NCBI GenBank assembly: GCA_965214225.1
Contig: OZ243942.1
Span: 3,106,035-3,170,034, forward strand
DNA length: 64,000 nt
Origin: Polyangiales bacterium
Lineage (GTDB): Bacteria > Myxococcota_A > Polyangia > Polyangiales > CBDCBC01
Direction: 5' to 3'
The translations under genes and the position numbers were made by a program. Below are positions 16,259 to 25,957 of the stretch, piece after piece; position 1 is the first letter of the stretch, and each line of letters starts with the position of its first letter. The notes under the pieces are model-generated. The model did not search any database and was not told the DNA's origin. It saw only the letters and a program-made list of their open reading frames with translations.

Positions 16259-16915
16259 ATGCTGACACTAAGCCGCCGTGTAGGAGAGCGCGTACTCATC
16301 GGCTCTACCATTGAAATTGAGGTTGTAAGTGTGACGGGAGGTCGGGTGCGTCTCGGCATTCGCGCCCCTAGGGCCTACCCGATTCAACGGGGCGAGCTCA
16401 TGGAGAAGATCGAGGTCGAGACAAAGCGAGCGGCGATCGAGCGAGCTTCTGATCCTAGTGAAACTGGACCTGAAATCGTGTTTTGTGAGGGTATTCTTGG
16501 CCTGAGCGGGCACGACACGTTCAAGCTCTACGACATTTCTGCGCGAAGCCCGTTCCGCATGCTGGAAGCCACTTCGGCAGCGGGTATCTGTCTTCTGGTC
16601 GTGCCCGTACGCGAGGTGTACGAGGCATACCCAGAGGAAGAAGCTCGTTCACTTGCCGACTTGGATCAAGGCGAAGAGGCGGTAGTATTTGCCATCGCCA
16701 GTGCACCAGCTAACGGAGAGCCATTGACCGTCAACCTCTCTGCGCCGCTCGTAGTGAGTCTAGAGAGTTTTCGCGGAAAGCAGGTCGTGCTGGACAGAGA
16801 GGAGCTGCAGCTGCGGCATCCTCTTGCACTCACGGCGCGTCCTTCAGTGCCACCTCCGCCCTCTCCAACAGCGGCCCCCGACCTTCGTCTCTGCGAAGAC
16901 GCAGCGTGCTCATAG
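16259..16915 (+). CDS. csrA: CsrA-FliW fusion protein (single uninterrupted ORF)
   Basis: Residues 1-55 (MLTLSRRVGERVLIGSTIEIEVVSVTGGRVRLGIRAPRAYPIQRGELMEKI) form a full CsrA fold signature. Residues ~60-205 (EIVFCEGILGLSGHDTFKL...SPFRMLEA...LLVVPV...AVVFAI....EPLTVNLSAPLVVSLESFRGKQVVLDREELQLRHPL) match FliW. No stop or frame change lies between them. Confidence 0.8.
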   Translation: MLTLSRRVGERVLIGSTIEIEVVSVTGGRVRLGIRAPRAYPIQRGELMEKIEVETKRAAIERASDPSETGPEIVFCEGILGLSGHDTFKLYDISARSPFRMLEATSAAGICLLVVPVREVYEAYPEEEARSLADLDQGEEAVVFAIASAPANGEPLTVNLSAPLVVSLESFRGKQVVLDREELQLRHPLALTARPSVPPPPSPTAAPDLRLCEDAACS

Positions 16916-17421
16916 GGGCAGGCACGCCGTTGCCGGAAGTGAAGGGCTTCGGCCGTGACACCCATCGCCGCCCAGCACGCGTTGATCATGCGAACGTGCT
17001 CCCACTCGATTGCCTTACTAGCTGGCTACGCACCTCTTTTCCGGCGGGCTGCCGCACGCGCAGAGGTTCTGCCGGCGGCGGTTGGGATGATATCCAGCCT
17101 CCACCTGCGGTAGAAGCATCTGACGTAGCCCTCCGTCCAAGACGGGAAACGAGCAGAGGTGTTGATTCTCTCTACCGAAGCAGACCACAATAGGACCATA
17201 CCTCTCACTCGGGAGCGCGGACCACCCTCCGCGGTTAGTTTACCACGTCTACTCACACCGACTTAGCGCCACAGGCATTAGTAGGAAGAGGACACTGTCT
17301 TCCTCTACGTGTTGAGGCGAGGTGCACCGTGGTAGTCTTTGTCTTAGAACCCGAAATGATCAGAGGGTTTAGCGGGAATCCTGCAGGGCGCGTGTTCCTC
17401 AGGGCGAGTGAGTAGAGGAGC

Positions 17422-20208
17422 ATGTACGCTGGGGCTCCACAGACCGATCAAGAACAAGCTGCGAGGCGTGCAAAGCCCGTGGTGCTGATCTTGGGATGTC
17501 CCGAGGTGCCCGAGGACGTGGTGCCTAGTGGAGCGATTGGGTTGCACTTCGATGAGCTGGTTGAAGCTCCTGCTGTACATCCTGTTGTCTGCGTAGTTGG
17601 TCCCCGCCGGCCACAGCCGATGCTTGCGGTGCAGCAACTCATCCAGTCGTTTCCGGGCACTGAGGTAGTCATCGTTTCCACACCGGATGCGCATCAGGAG
17701 CTTGAAAGGCTGGTGCAGGGGACTCCGTTGGTTCCTCTCAGTACAACTGTAGTGACCGACGTTGCGAGCCTCGGCGATGCTCTGGAACGCGCCTACGCGC
17801 GTTCGTCTCTCGCAATGAGTCATGGTGCTGCGCGGCGCAAGGAAGAGACTGCAACTTCGCGCGCACAATCCTCAGGTCTGCATAGGATTCGTAAGCAACT
17901 TGAAGACGAGGATGAGCAACAGAGCCTTCGAGAGTTCTATGAACTCTACAGGGTCCAAAGGAACAGTATCTTGAAGGCCGTGTGTGCGGAGGTAGCAGAC
18001 GTGCCTGCTTTAGCCATGTCGGTTGAGTGGTTTGGACGTGTGATAGCACCCGACGCTCAAGCAGAGCTAGAGGGGCTAGCGGTCTACGAAGCAAAATGGC
18101 AGCCGCTAACAGAGCAGTTGCAGAAGGCAGGTGAAACGCTGGCGTTGTTGGGTGTGGCCCACCATGCGTGGACTCAGCTTCAACTGCGGACCCGGCGCCA
18201 TATCCTAGAGCATGTGCTTCAGGAGCAAGCGCTTGAGCTCGTTGAACTCCGCAGGGCGTTAGTCGGTATGGAGACGTTCTGCGCGTTCGTGCAGTCGGCT
18301 GTGAGTCTGGGGTATTACCAGACGACTGATAAGCGGGAGCGCGCGCGTGCCCAACGTGAGGCGCTCTACCAATCAGTAGTTGAATCTTCAGGGGATGCCA
18401 TCGCTAGCAAGACTCTCCACGGCATCATCACTAGCTGGAACAAGGGGGCCGAGGAACTTTACGGCTACACACCAGGAGAGGCGGTCGGACAGCACGTGAG
18501 TCTTGTCGTTCCGGAGAGGAAGCGCGCAGAACTCAGCGGGATCATGGATGAGGTTTTAGCGGGGAGGCCGGTGAGTCTCGACACCGTGCGCGTCAGGAAA
18601 GATGGGCGGGAGGTGGAGGTCGCTCTCACGGTCTCGCCAACGCGCGACTTCTATGGAGAGGTCCGTGGAGCGTCGGCCATCACCCGCGACATCACCGAGC
18701 GCCGACGCGTGTTCCGCGAGCTCAAGCGTAAGAAGAAGGCACTTGAACGCGCTCGACGGAGTTTTGAAGATCTCTACGAAAATGCTCCCGACATCTATTT
18801 CTCGGTCATGTTGCGCGACGGCACGATCACGCAAGCTAACGCGACCGTCGAGGCGCGTTTAGGCTATACCCCGATGGAGGTGGTGGGGCGCCCCTTGTGG
18901 GACCTTTTTGCGCCGAGGGAACATGAAAACGTGCATCAAGTTCTGCGGGAACTTATCGAGGCCGGCCACACCTCAAACCGTCGCTTGCGTTCGGTTAGCA
19001 AAGACGGTCGGAGTGCGACAATGCTCCTTAGCGCTTCAACGGGGCGGGATGAAAGAGGACGAAATCTATATGCACGCTGTGTGCTGCGGGATGTAAGCGA
19101 GGAGGTGGCGCTTGAGGCTCGTAGGGCCGCGATGCTTGACGGTGCGCTCGACGGCGTGATCACAGTTGATGGTCGAGGCGATATTGTTGAGTTCAATCCA
19201 GCGGCGCAACGCATGTTCGGCTACAGTGCGGACGAGGTCATCGGGCGGTCTCTTGCGGATACGATACTTCCCGAGCCCTACCGTGAAAGCTATCGACGTG
19301 GCTTACAGCGCTACCTTGAGACAGGAGAGGGAGTGATTCTGGCCAAGCGCGCAGAGCTGCCGGCTCTGCGGAGCGATGGGCACCAGTTGATGACGGAGGT
19401 GAGCATCGTACGGTTACATGGGATTGAGCCACCGCTCTTCACGGGCTTTGTCCGCGACGTGTCTCGGCTCAAGGAGATGCAGGAAGAGCTGGTTGAGACG
19501 GTGAATGTGCTTCGTCGCTCTAACAACGATCTGGAGCAGTTCGCGTACATCGCATCGCATGATCTTCAAGAGCCGCTTAGGATGATTTTGGTGTACATGG
19601 GCCTCTTTGTTCACGAGTACGGCAACACGCTCGACGAGCAGGCGGCAAAGTACGTGAGCTTTGCCATGGAGGGTGCGCGTCGGATGAAGCGGCTCATTGA
19701 CGATCTTCTGGCTTACTCAAGTCTTAGCACGCGCAGGCCCAGGATCGGCGTCTGCGACCTCGGTAGATCAGTGACTGAAGCCATTGCCGTGCTCAAGCTT
19801 AATGTTGAGGGGGCAGGAGCAAAGCTTGTAGTCGACCATTTGCCGGAAGTTCAGGCTGATGAGGAGCAGATGGTGCAGCTTTTTCGCAACTTGATCAGCA
19901 ACGCCACCAAGTTCCATGCTGAGCACGAAGTGGAGATACGTATTTTGGCTGAGCGTGACGAACAGGCCTGGGTCATCAGTGTGAAGGATGATGGAATCGG
20001 GGTTGAAGCAGAGTATGCCGAACGCATCTTCAACATGTTTCATCGACTTCACGAGCGGAGTCGGTTCGGGGGGAGTGGGATTGGTTTGGCCATCTGCAAG
20101 CGCATCGTCACCGGGCATGGCGGTGAGATCTGGGTTGAGAGTGCGGGTGGTAAGGGTTCAACCTTTCGGTTCAAGCTACCAGATCAACCTTGCACCGACC
20201 CTGTATAG
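17422..20208 (+). CDS. multi-PAS sensor histidine kinase
   Basis: Three PAS-like modules (ITSWNKGAEELYGYTPGEAVG; VEARLGYTPMEVVG; FNPAAQRMFGYSADEVIG). H-box FAYIASHDLQEPLRMI. ATP-lid GGSGIGLAICKRIV and GKGSTFRFKLP. The N-terminal ~150 aa are of unknown type. Confidence 0.9.
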   Translation: MYAGAPQTDQEQAARRAKPVVLILGCPEVPEDVVPSGAIGLHFDELVEAPAVHPVVCVVGPRRPQPMLAVQQLIQSFPGTEVVIVSTPDAHQELERLVQGTPLVPLSTTVVTDVASLGDALERAYARSSLAMSHGAARRKEETATSRAQSSGLHRIRKQLEDEDEQQSLREFYELYRVQRNSILKAVCAEVADVPALAMSVEWFGRVIAPDAQAELEGLAVYEAKWQPLTEQLQKAGETLALLGVAHHAWTQLQLRTRRHILEHVLQEQALELVELRRALVGMETFCAFVQSAVSLGYYQTTDKRERARAQREALYQSVVESSGDAIASKTLHGIITSWNKGAEELYGYTPGEAVGQHVSLVVPERKRAELSGIMDEVLAGRPVSLDTVRVRKDGREVEVALTVSPTRDFYGEVRGASAITRDITERRRVFRELKRKKKALERARRSFEDLYENAPDIYFSVMLRDGTITQANATVEARLGYTPMEVVGRPLWDLFAPREHENVHQVLRELIEAGHTSNRRLRSVSKDGRSATMLLSASTGRDERGRNLYARCVLRDVSEEVALEARRAAMLDGALDGVITVDGRGDIVEFNPAAQRMFGYSADEVIGRSLADTILPEPYRESYRRGLQRYLETGEGVILAKRAELPALRSDGHQLMTEVSIVRLHGIEPPLFTGFVRDVSRLKEMQEELVETVNVLRRSNNDLEQFAYIASHDLQEPLRMILVYMGLFVHEYGNTLDEQAAKYVSFAMEGARRMKRLIDDLLAYSSLSTRRPRIGVCDLGRSVTEAIAVLKLNVEGAGAKLVVDHLPEVQADEEQMVQLFRNLISNATKFHAEHEVEIRILAERDEQAWVISVKDDGIGVEAEYAERIFNMFHRLHERSRFGGSGIGLAICKRIVTGHGGEIWVESAGGKGSTFRFKLPDQPCTDPV

Positions 20209-20227
20209 CGAGGCACACTCATCACTC

Positions 20228-20635
20228 ATGAAGCTTAAGAACAACGAACACGTGGTGATGGTTGATGACAACGAGGGCGATGTCTACCTCGCCAAGATTT
20301 GCTTTGAGCAGTCCAAGGTCACCAATCCTTGGATGTCTTTCCCGAGTGGAAGCACGTTTCTTGAATTCCTTGAGGAAGTGAAAGGCGGGGAGCACAAGAT
20401 GCCCGCCCTGGCTTTGCTAGACATCAACATGCCCGGCTTGAGCGGGTTGGAGGTGCTTAAGAAAGTGCGGCAGAATAAGTTCTTTGACGAGTTGCCTTTG
20501 TTCTGCATGTTGACCAGCTCCTGCGATCCGAGAGACAAGGCACAAGCCCATGAACTGGGAGCATCAGGTTTCGTAACTAAACCCGACCGTTTTCAAGACT
20601 ACGTGAAGTTCTTCAACTCGCTCATCGGTGAGTGA
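20228..20635 (+). CDS. single-domain response regulator (CheY-like receiver)
   Basis: VVMVDDNEGD, LLDINMPGLSGLEVLKKVR, and TSS...GASGFVTKP. ATG 20228 is chosen because the longer track ORF overlaps the kinase gene. Confidence 0.88.
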   Translation: MKLKNNEHVVMVDDNEGDVYLAKICFEQSKVTNPWMSFPSGSTFLEFLEEVKGGEHKMPALALLDINMPGLSGLEVLKKVRQNKFFDELPLFCMLTSSCDPRDKAQAHELGASGFVTKPDRFQDYVKFFNSLIGE

Positions 20636-20817
20636 CATGCACTATTGCATGTCACGTTTAGTCATGCTTGAGGATAGCCATCACGGGTGGGACTAACCGC
20701 ATCAGCGACTCCGTAGTCAGCTGGCTCGTGCTCACCGGCGAAAGTGGCACTGTTAAAGAGGTGGCCGCACGCGCTCTGCACGAGTGGAGCGAACGTCGGC
20801 CCTCATCTAAGTGGCAT

Positions 20818-23800
20818 CTAGGGTTCCCAGGTCACGTCCACACCCCAGTTGTCCGGAGGACTGAAGATCATGGAGCCGACGAAGCTATTAGGGAAGTACA
20901 ACTCGATGAGGCCACCTACGACGTTCTGCTGCACCTGACCCGCGGTGCCAGCCTGCGTGCCGGTGCCTGCGCCCGAGTTGCTGGAGGCGAAGCCCTCGAC
21001 GTAAGCTCCCTGCACTACGTCGCCGAGGAAGCGTAGATGGTCCTGTATAACCGAGTCCAACTGCCAGCCTGCGCGGATTTTGCCTCCTCCAAAACCGCTT
21101 TGCCCACTCTCGATGGCAATGGTCGGAATCAAATCACCAAACTCCCGTCGAGCCCCAACAGTGAGCAGGCCGGCAGTCAACCCCGCTAGGAAGGAGCTAG
21201 CCTGTTGATCGGCTGCACGCTCGTCAGCTTGAGACAAGCGGGTTCCGGTTCGCCGCCCGCTGATCAGTAGCGCGATGATCTCGGCTCGGTCCGTGATCGA
21301 CGGATTGCTCGATGCAAACTCGATACGCGGGTTCTGCAGTCGCCCGCTCACCGTGACGCTAATGTAGTCCGCTTGCTGTCCTCGCGGAGAATATGTAGCG
21401 TAAAGGTCGACGGTGGGGTTGATCTCGCCTTCTGCGTCAAAGTTCAGGCTGCCGCGCAGAATATCCAGCTTCTTTCCGAAGATCTCAAAGTACCCTCTGA
21501 GCATCTGGATGTAACCATTCACGCGCAGTTTGGGTGCCCGGTACGTGCTGCTAAGGTCACCGGCTACTTCTACAGAGAAGTCTTGCCGTCGGACTGTGAC
21601 AGGACGGCTTAGGTCAATGCTCAGGTTGTACGGATACGCTGAATCTTGCGCGGATGCTGTTGCGGCTCCATGCACATGGACGTCCGCGTGGTGTTCCAGC
21701 GGCTGTAAATCACGCTTCGTGTCGTCGGGAAGTTTCACATACAGCTTTTGTAGATCGAGCGTGGCATCGGTTCGATCTTCTTCAAGCTTCGCTCGCAGTC
21801 GTGCGCTACCCGTCAGAGAAGCCAATGGGGTTCCTTCGCTACGAATGGGAAAGCTATCCGCGTCGATTTGAAAGTCGAGGCCGCTCGGTGTCAGCCCCTC
21901 AAACCTCATGGGTCCGTGCAGGCTGACTGTTCCACTTTCATCGCGCGCAGAGAGTGGATAGCTTGGGTCAAAGATAAGACTTCGGTTGCGCAACACGGCG
22001 CGTCCTTGTAACGCGTAAAGATGCGCACCGACACCCACTGCTTGCAAGCAGCCATCTTTGACCGAAACAGAACCGCTTAGGCGCGTTCGGTCTCCTGATG
22101 CTTCTATGCGAGCGTAGCCCGTAGCCAGTCCATCGCCCTCTACAATCCAAGGCACGTAAGCAAGCAGCGGCTCGAGCAGTGCCTCCCGAAGCTTGACCTC
22201 GATGAGCGTCCGCCCACTGCCCTGAAGTGCGGGTAGTGCTTGCGCCTGCTCCCACGCGATGGGTACGGCAGCGTGTAAGCAGCCGGAATGCTGCCATGTG
22301 CCGGTAAGACTGCCGCAGATCATGCTGCGAGAGCCTCGCTCTTGCTCGAGCGGCTGACCGCATCGACTTCGGCGTTGGCCTGTGCGTGCGGGTGTCATCA
22401 GCACGGATAGATCGGCTGTAGATTCGCGTGTTGTCTTCAGTAGTCCGTGCACTTGGAAGGGGTGGGAGAGGGTGGTTCGTTGCGTGTTCGAGATATAGGA
22501 GAGTCTCAATGCCGGTGACTTGGCCGTGAGCGACAGGGAGGGTTCGGCACCGAGAACATCGGAGGCCTCAAGATCCATCGTGATGTTGCCTTGGCCGAAG
22601 CGGCAAAGCCAGGGCATCTCTTGCACCCGCGCATCGCGAATAGAACCGGTCACATCGAAGGTCGGGGGCGTCTGCAGTGAACCCTGTTCAAGCCAGGTGC
22701 TAATGGGGGTATAACCAGTTGCCTCCAGCACAACCAGCGGCCGGTCGCGGTCACGGCCGATTAGCCGGACGTGCGCTATCCCGCTGTTCAGCGTGGCGCT
22801 CAGGTCGAACTGAGGGCGGTGTGCCGCGGCGCAGCTTGATGATTCAGGCTCACGCAACCATTTCACGGAGGCGTTGAGCGATCCGCCTAGCTGCGAATGG
22901 CTGCGCGACACATCAAGCGTGCCACGCACCATCAGCTCGCGTGGAACTAAACCATCAAGCATGGCAGGCAGCGACGATGTACTTCGAGGCGGGACGGTGG
23001 CTTTGAGGTTCCATCTTTCGTTGGAAAGCTGCCATAGCGCACGTTGCGGTTCAGCAAGCAGCTGGCGTGCGTCGGCGTAATAGTCTGCATCGATAGAGAT
23101 CAGCACACCCTGTTGATCGAGCAGCTGGAGTTCCCGGAAGCCGAGGTGGCTGCGGTTGTAGGAGACATCCCCACGAAGATCCAAACCTCTAACTCCCTCT
23201 AGAGCAAAACGCTCAACTTGAAATGTCGCAGAAACCGTGGGGTCGCGGCCCTGACCTGCCCAGCCAACCTGCGCAGTGAGAAGTCCTTCAGGTAGGCCTG
23301 GGGGTACGAGTCCGGTGCCCGATAGCGTCTTTAGGTCAAGCCTCTGCGTGTCGATGGTGCCCTCAAAGGTCGCGTCCTTGAGCCGCTGCAAAAGAGGCTC
23401 GTCTACTTGCGGCAGTGAGGCAACTCCGGTCGCCGAAATAGCACCCGCCTCCGGAGCAGTCACAGTCGCGTCTACGCGAAGGTCACCCCCCGAGTAGTTG
23501 ACGAAGTACGACAGCATGGCTCCGCTGAGGTTCCGCCACCGCACCTCCTGCGCGGCACCTGAGAAGGTGATGTCTGGGGAGCGCCTCGCTCCTGTCACCT
23601 CGAGGTGAGCATCCAGCCGACCATCGGCATTTAGCTCAGGCGCGGCGGCAATGGATTGAAGCGCTCGCAGGTCGAAGTGTTGTACCTCCGCTGTGAGATG
23701 CAGCCTGTCCTTCTCAACGCTCCCGTGCGCTTCGAGCCTTTCAGCACCATGCGCAAGAACCACCCGTCCCACTTGAATATCGAGGTCACGGCTGATGCGG

Positions 23801-25521
23801 AGGTTAGAGACTTCACCGCGCCACGCATCCTCCCCGCGCGTGTAGACTAGGTTGTTTGACTGAAGTGTGTAGCCATCGGCGGACCGGGTAGCGGAAGCTG
23901 CAAACTGAAGGCTTGTGCTGTTGTCGGCATCATAGCTTCCGCTCAACAGGAACGTGCGTGGGCCTCCTCTCAGATCAAGCTTTGCTTTACCAATGCGGTA
24001 GTTCGCGTAACGCATTTGTGAACCCTCGACCTTCAGATCGAGGGCGGGCGCCAACCATGCGCCGCTGATCTCTCCTTTGACCTCAAGCGTCTCTCCCCGA
24101 AGTTGATCCAACCTAGGCTGCTTTATCCTAGTCTTTCCCCTGATCCGTAGGCGCTCTGTTGGCGTGTTGAGAAGCAGCGTCCCGCTGCCTTCAAGTGAAC
24201 CAGAGGCAGATGGAAGAAGAGAGGAGAGGGTGACCTGTTTGCTGATGCGCGGCACATTTGCCTGCCAGGCGAGACTGATCAGGCCGTCGGTGGTGGCCGA
24301 GCCAGAGGCAGAGATGCGGATGCCATCCTCCAGGCTATGGAGGTTTCGGACGTACATTTTAGAGGGTTTGAGCACGAGCGTACCCTTGGCCGCTGGCAAC
24401 TCCACCCCGTTCCAGGTAAAGGGCTCTGACGTGATTTCAACCGTGGGATCTTGCCCCTCTGCTGCTTCAGCAGCGGCTTGTACATATGCTTTTCCGCCAA
24501 GGGTGATGTCGGGCCCTGTGCGAAAGAGCTTGCCAATCTGCAGAGAGTTCGATGTTACGGTGACACGGCTGCCAAGGTCATCGAAGCTGCCGTTGATTTC
24601 GGCTGCTCCAGCGGATGTTCGCAGGTCTGCGTGGAGGCGCAGCTTATTTCGCGGGCCCTTCAACTCGACTGAACCCGATGATGCGGCGGCGAAAGGTTCG
24701 GCCCACTCGAAACCTGCCCCCCGCAAGGTATCGGCAGATATGCGCGAGCCACGCATGTTCAACGTGAGCTCAGGCAGCGTATCGGGTGTGGAGCGCACGT
24801 AGGCGACTTCTCCCTGCACCCTTTCCTTTCCTGATTTTGCCTCGTAGTGAAGGTGCACGCCCCCGCGCTCAAGGTTGGTAACAACCGTGCCAGAGATCTT
24901 GCTCACCTGGGCATCGAATGGGAAGGGCTCGATGACCTCAAACTGAGCATCGGATAGGGTGATGCGTAGATCGCCCTGCGCGTAGATGTGGCCGTGCGCC
25001 CTCACATTCCGCGCCACCAGGCCCTCCAGCCCGAGAAACTGGCCCTTGATCATGCTGCGAGTGAGCCAGATCGAATCGACGCGGGCGCGGATTCCAGGTC
25101 CTCCTTCCATCACAGAGGGTCGCGCGGGGCGGAATGAGTTGAAAAGCGTCGGTTCGTCATCGGGTCCATCGATGAGCGTGAACGTCCCTCCAGTCGCCTT
25201 GATGCTAGGCATGTGAAGCAAGCCAAAAGCCAACTTCCACAGCTTCAGTTGGACCACCGCCACCTCCAGGACGGCTACTTGTTGCCCCTGTGGGTCACGA
25301 AGACTCACCCCTGAGAGAACGACACGGTTCAGGCTCAGCTTTTCGATGCGACCGATGGCGAAGCGGCCGCGGATCTGCTGGCTGACAAGTTCACCAATGA
25401 CTTGCCGGACAGCTTCGCGGCCTTGAGGCCTGTCGACGTGGTAGCTCACGCTCAATCCGAGCGCGCCTATGCTCACGGCGCTCCAAAAGATGAGTAAACC
25501 TAAGCGTACAAGCCAACGCAC
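20818..25521 (-). CDS. tamB: translocation and assembly module protein TamB (AsmA-like/DUF490)
   Basis: 1567 aa with an N-terminal membrane anchor (LGLLIFWSAVSIGALGL), a long beta-rich repetitive body, and a C-terminal DUF490-like region (VSGRLQNPRIEFASSNPSITDRAEIIALLISGR ... W). Lies immediately downstream of an Omp85 gene. Confidence 0.85.
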   Translation of the reverse strand: MRWLVRLGLLIFWSAVSIGALGLSVSYHVDRPQGREAVRQVIGELVSQQIRGRFAIGRIEKLSLNRVVLSGVSLRDPQGQQVAVLEVAVVQLKLWKLAFGLLHMPSIKATGGTFTLIDGPDDEPTLFNSFRPARPSVMEGGPGIRARVDSIWLTRSMIKGQFLGLEGLVARNVRAHGHIYAQGDLRITLSDAQFEVIEPFPFDAQVSKISGTVVTNLERGGVHLHYEAKSGKERVQGEVAYVRSTPDTLPELTLNMRGSRISADTLRGAGFEWAEPFAAASSGSVELKGPRNKLRLHADLRTSAGAAEINGSFDDLGSRVTVTSNSLQIGKLFRTGPDITLGGKAYVQAAAEAAEGQDPTVEITSEPFTWNGVELPAAKGTLVLKPSKMYVRNLHSLEDGIRISASGSATTDGLISLAWQANVPRISKQVTLSSLLPSASGSLEGSGTLLLNTPTERLRIRGKTRIKQPRLDQLRGETLEVKGEISGAWLAPALDLKVEGSQMRYANYRIGKAKLDLRGGPRTFLLSGSYDADNSTSLQFAASATRSADGYTLQSNNLVYTRGEDAWRGEVSNLRISRDLDIQVGRVVLAHGAERLEAHGSVEKDRLHLTAEVQHFDLRALQSIAAAPELNADGRLDAHLEVTGARRSPDITFSGAAQEVRWRNLSGAMLSYFVNYSGGDLRVDATVTAPEAGAISATGVASLPQVDEPLLQRLKDATFEGTIDTQRLDLKTLSGTGLVPPGLPEGLLTAQVGWAGQGRDPTVSATFQVERFALEGVRGLDLRGDVSYNRSHLGFRELQLLDQQGVLISIDADYYADARQLLAEPQRALWQLSNERWNLKATVPPRSTSSLPAMLDGLVPRELMVRGTLDVSRSHSQLGGSLNASVKWLREPESSSCAAAHRPQFDLSATLNSGIAHVRLIGRDRDRPLVVLEATGYTPISTWLEQGSLQTPPTFDVTGSIRDARVQEMPWLCRFGQGNITMDLEASDVLGAEPSLSLTAKSPALRLSYISNTQRTTLSHPFQVHGLLKTTRESTADLSVLMTPARTGQRRSRCGQPLEQERGSRSMICGSLTGTWQHSGCLHAAVPIAWEQAQALPALQGSGRTLIEVKLREALLEPLLAYVPWIVEGDGLATGYARIEASGDRTRLSGSVSVKDGCLQAVGVGAHLYALQGRAVLRNRSLIFDPSYPLSARDESGTVSLHGPMRFEGLTPSGLDFQIDADSFPIRSEGTPLASLTGSARLRAKLEEDRTDATLDLQKLYVKLPDDTKRDLQPLEHHADVHVHGAATASAQDSAYPYNLSIDLSRPVTVRRQDFSVEVAGDLSSTYRAPKLRVNGYIQMLRGYFEIFGKKLDILRGSLNFDAEGEINPTVDLYATYSPRGQQADYISVTVSGRLQNPRIEFASSNPSITDRAEIIALLISGRRTGTRLSQADERAADQQASSFLAGLTAGLLTVGARREFGDLIPTIAIESGQSGFGGGKIRAGWQLDSVIQDHLRFLGDVVQGAYVEGFASSNSGAGTGTQAGTAGQVQQNVVGGLIELYFPNSFVGSMIFSPPDNWGVDVTWEP

Positions 25522-25533
25522 GTGCCGAGCCTA

Positions 25534-25643
25534 GTGCAGATTCACGAGAAGAACAGTGCAGATTCACGAGAAGAACAGTGCAGATTCACGAGAAGAACAG
25601 TGCAGATTCACGAGAAGAACAGTGCAGATTCACGAGAAGAACA
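25534..25643. repeat. 22-bp tandem repeat x5 (GTGCAGATTCACGAGAAGAACA)
   Basis: Five identical copies starting 13 bp upstream of the tamB start codon. Confidence 0.95.
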
Positions 25644-25744
25644 GCCACGACAGCTACGAAGTAGCGAGTGCTGCGGGTTCAAACGGTGGGGCTAGAACGG
25701 GTGCACGATCAGACTGACAAGAGGGTACATACGTGACGATTTTT

Positions 25745-25810
25745 GAGGGGTCGTCATCCGCTGATCGCCCCTGCAGTGAGGGGTCGTCATCCGCTGATCG
25801 CCCCTGCAGT
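25745..25810. repeat. 33-bp tandem repeat x2 (GAGGGGTCGTCATCCGCTGATCGCCCCTGCAGT)
   Basis: Two identical copies in the Omp85-tamB spacer. Confidence 0.9.
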
Positions 25811-25957
25811 AGGGCCGAGGCGCCGGAGTTCTCGTCGACTGCGTCTCCTGCGATCCCGGCCTATCTACGAAACGAGGCCCTGCGAAGCGGTAAGCCAGCG
25901 GATGGCGGGGCCTCAGAAATCGCGCTCGCATGAGTCTCGAAACGATTTCGCACCCGG

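Noticed and set aside
16916-17421. Possible decayed transposase or integrase remnant between fliW and the kinase. Reverse-strand fragments include ...GYVRCFYRRWRLDIIP... and ...KAIEWEHVRMINACWAAMGV....
   Set aside because: The fragments are short, interrupted by stops in all frames, and I cannot tie them to a specific family by eye. BLASTX would be needed.
20818-25521. Numerous 60-210-aa ORFs antisense to or overlapping tamB. The same was seen within the Omp85 gene, rtcB (for example 37448-38233), the ABC genes, the kinase and the FG-GAP gene (for example 43760-44410, 43858-44376, 42171-42809).
   Set aside because: This is typical high-GC antisense open frames. Their products are Arg/Ala/Pro-rich, they have no motifs, and they are fully embedded in well-supported genes.
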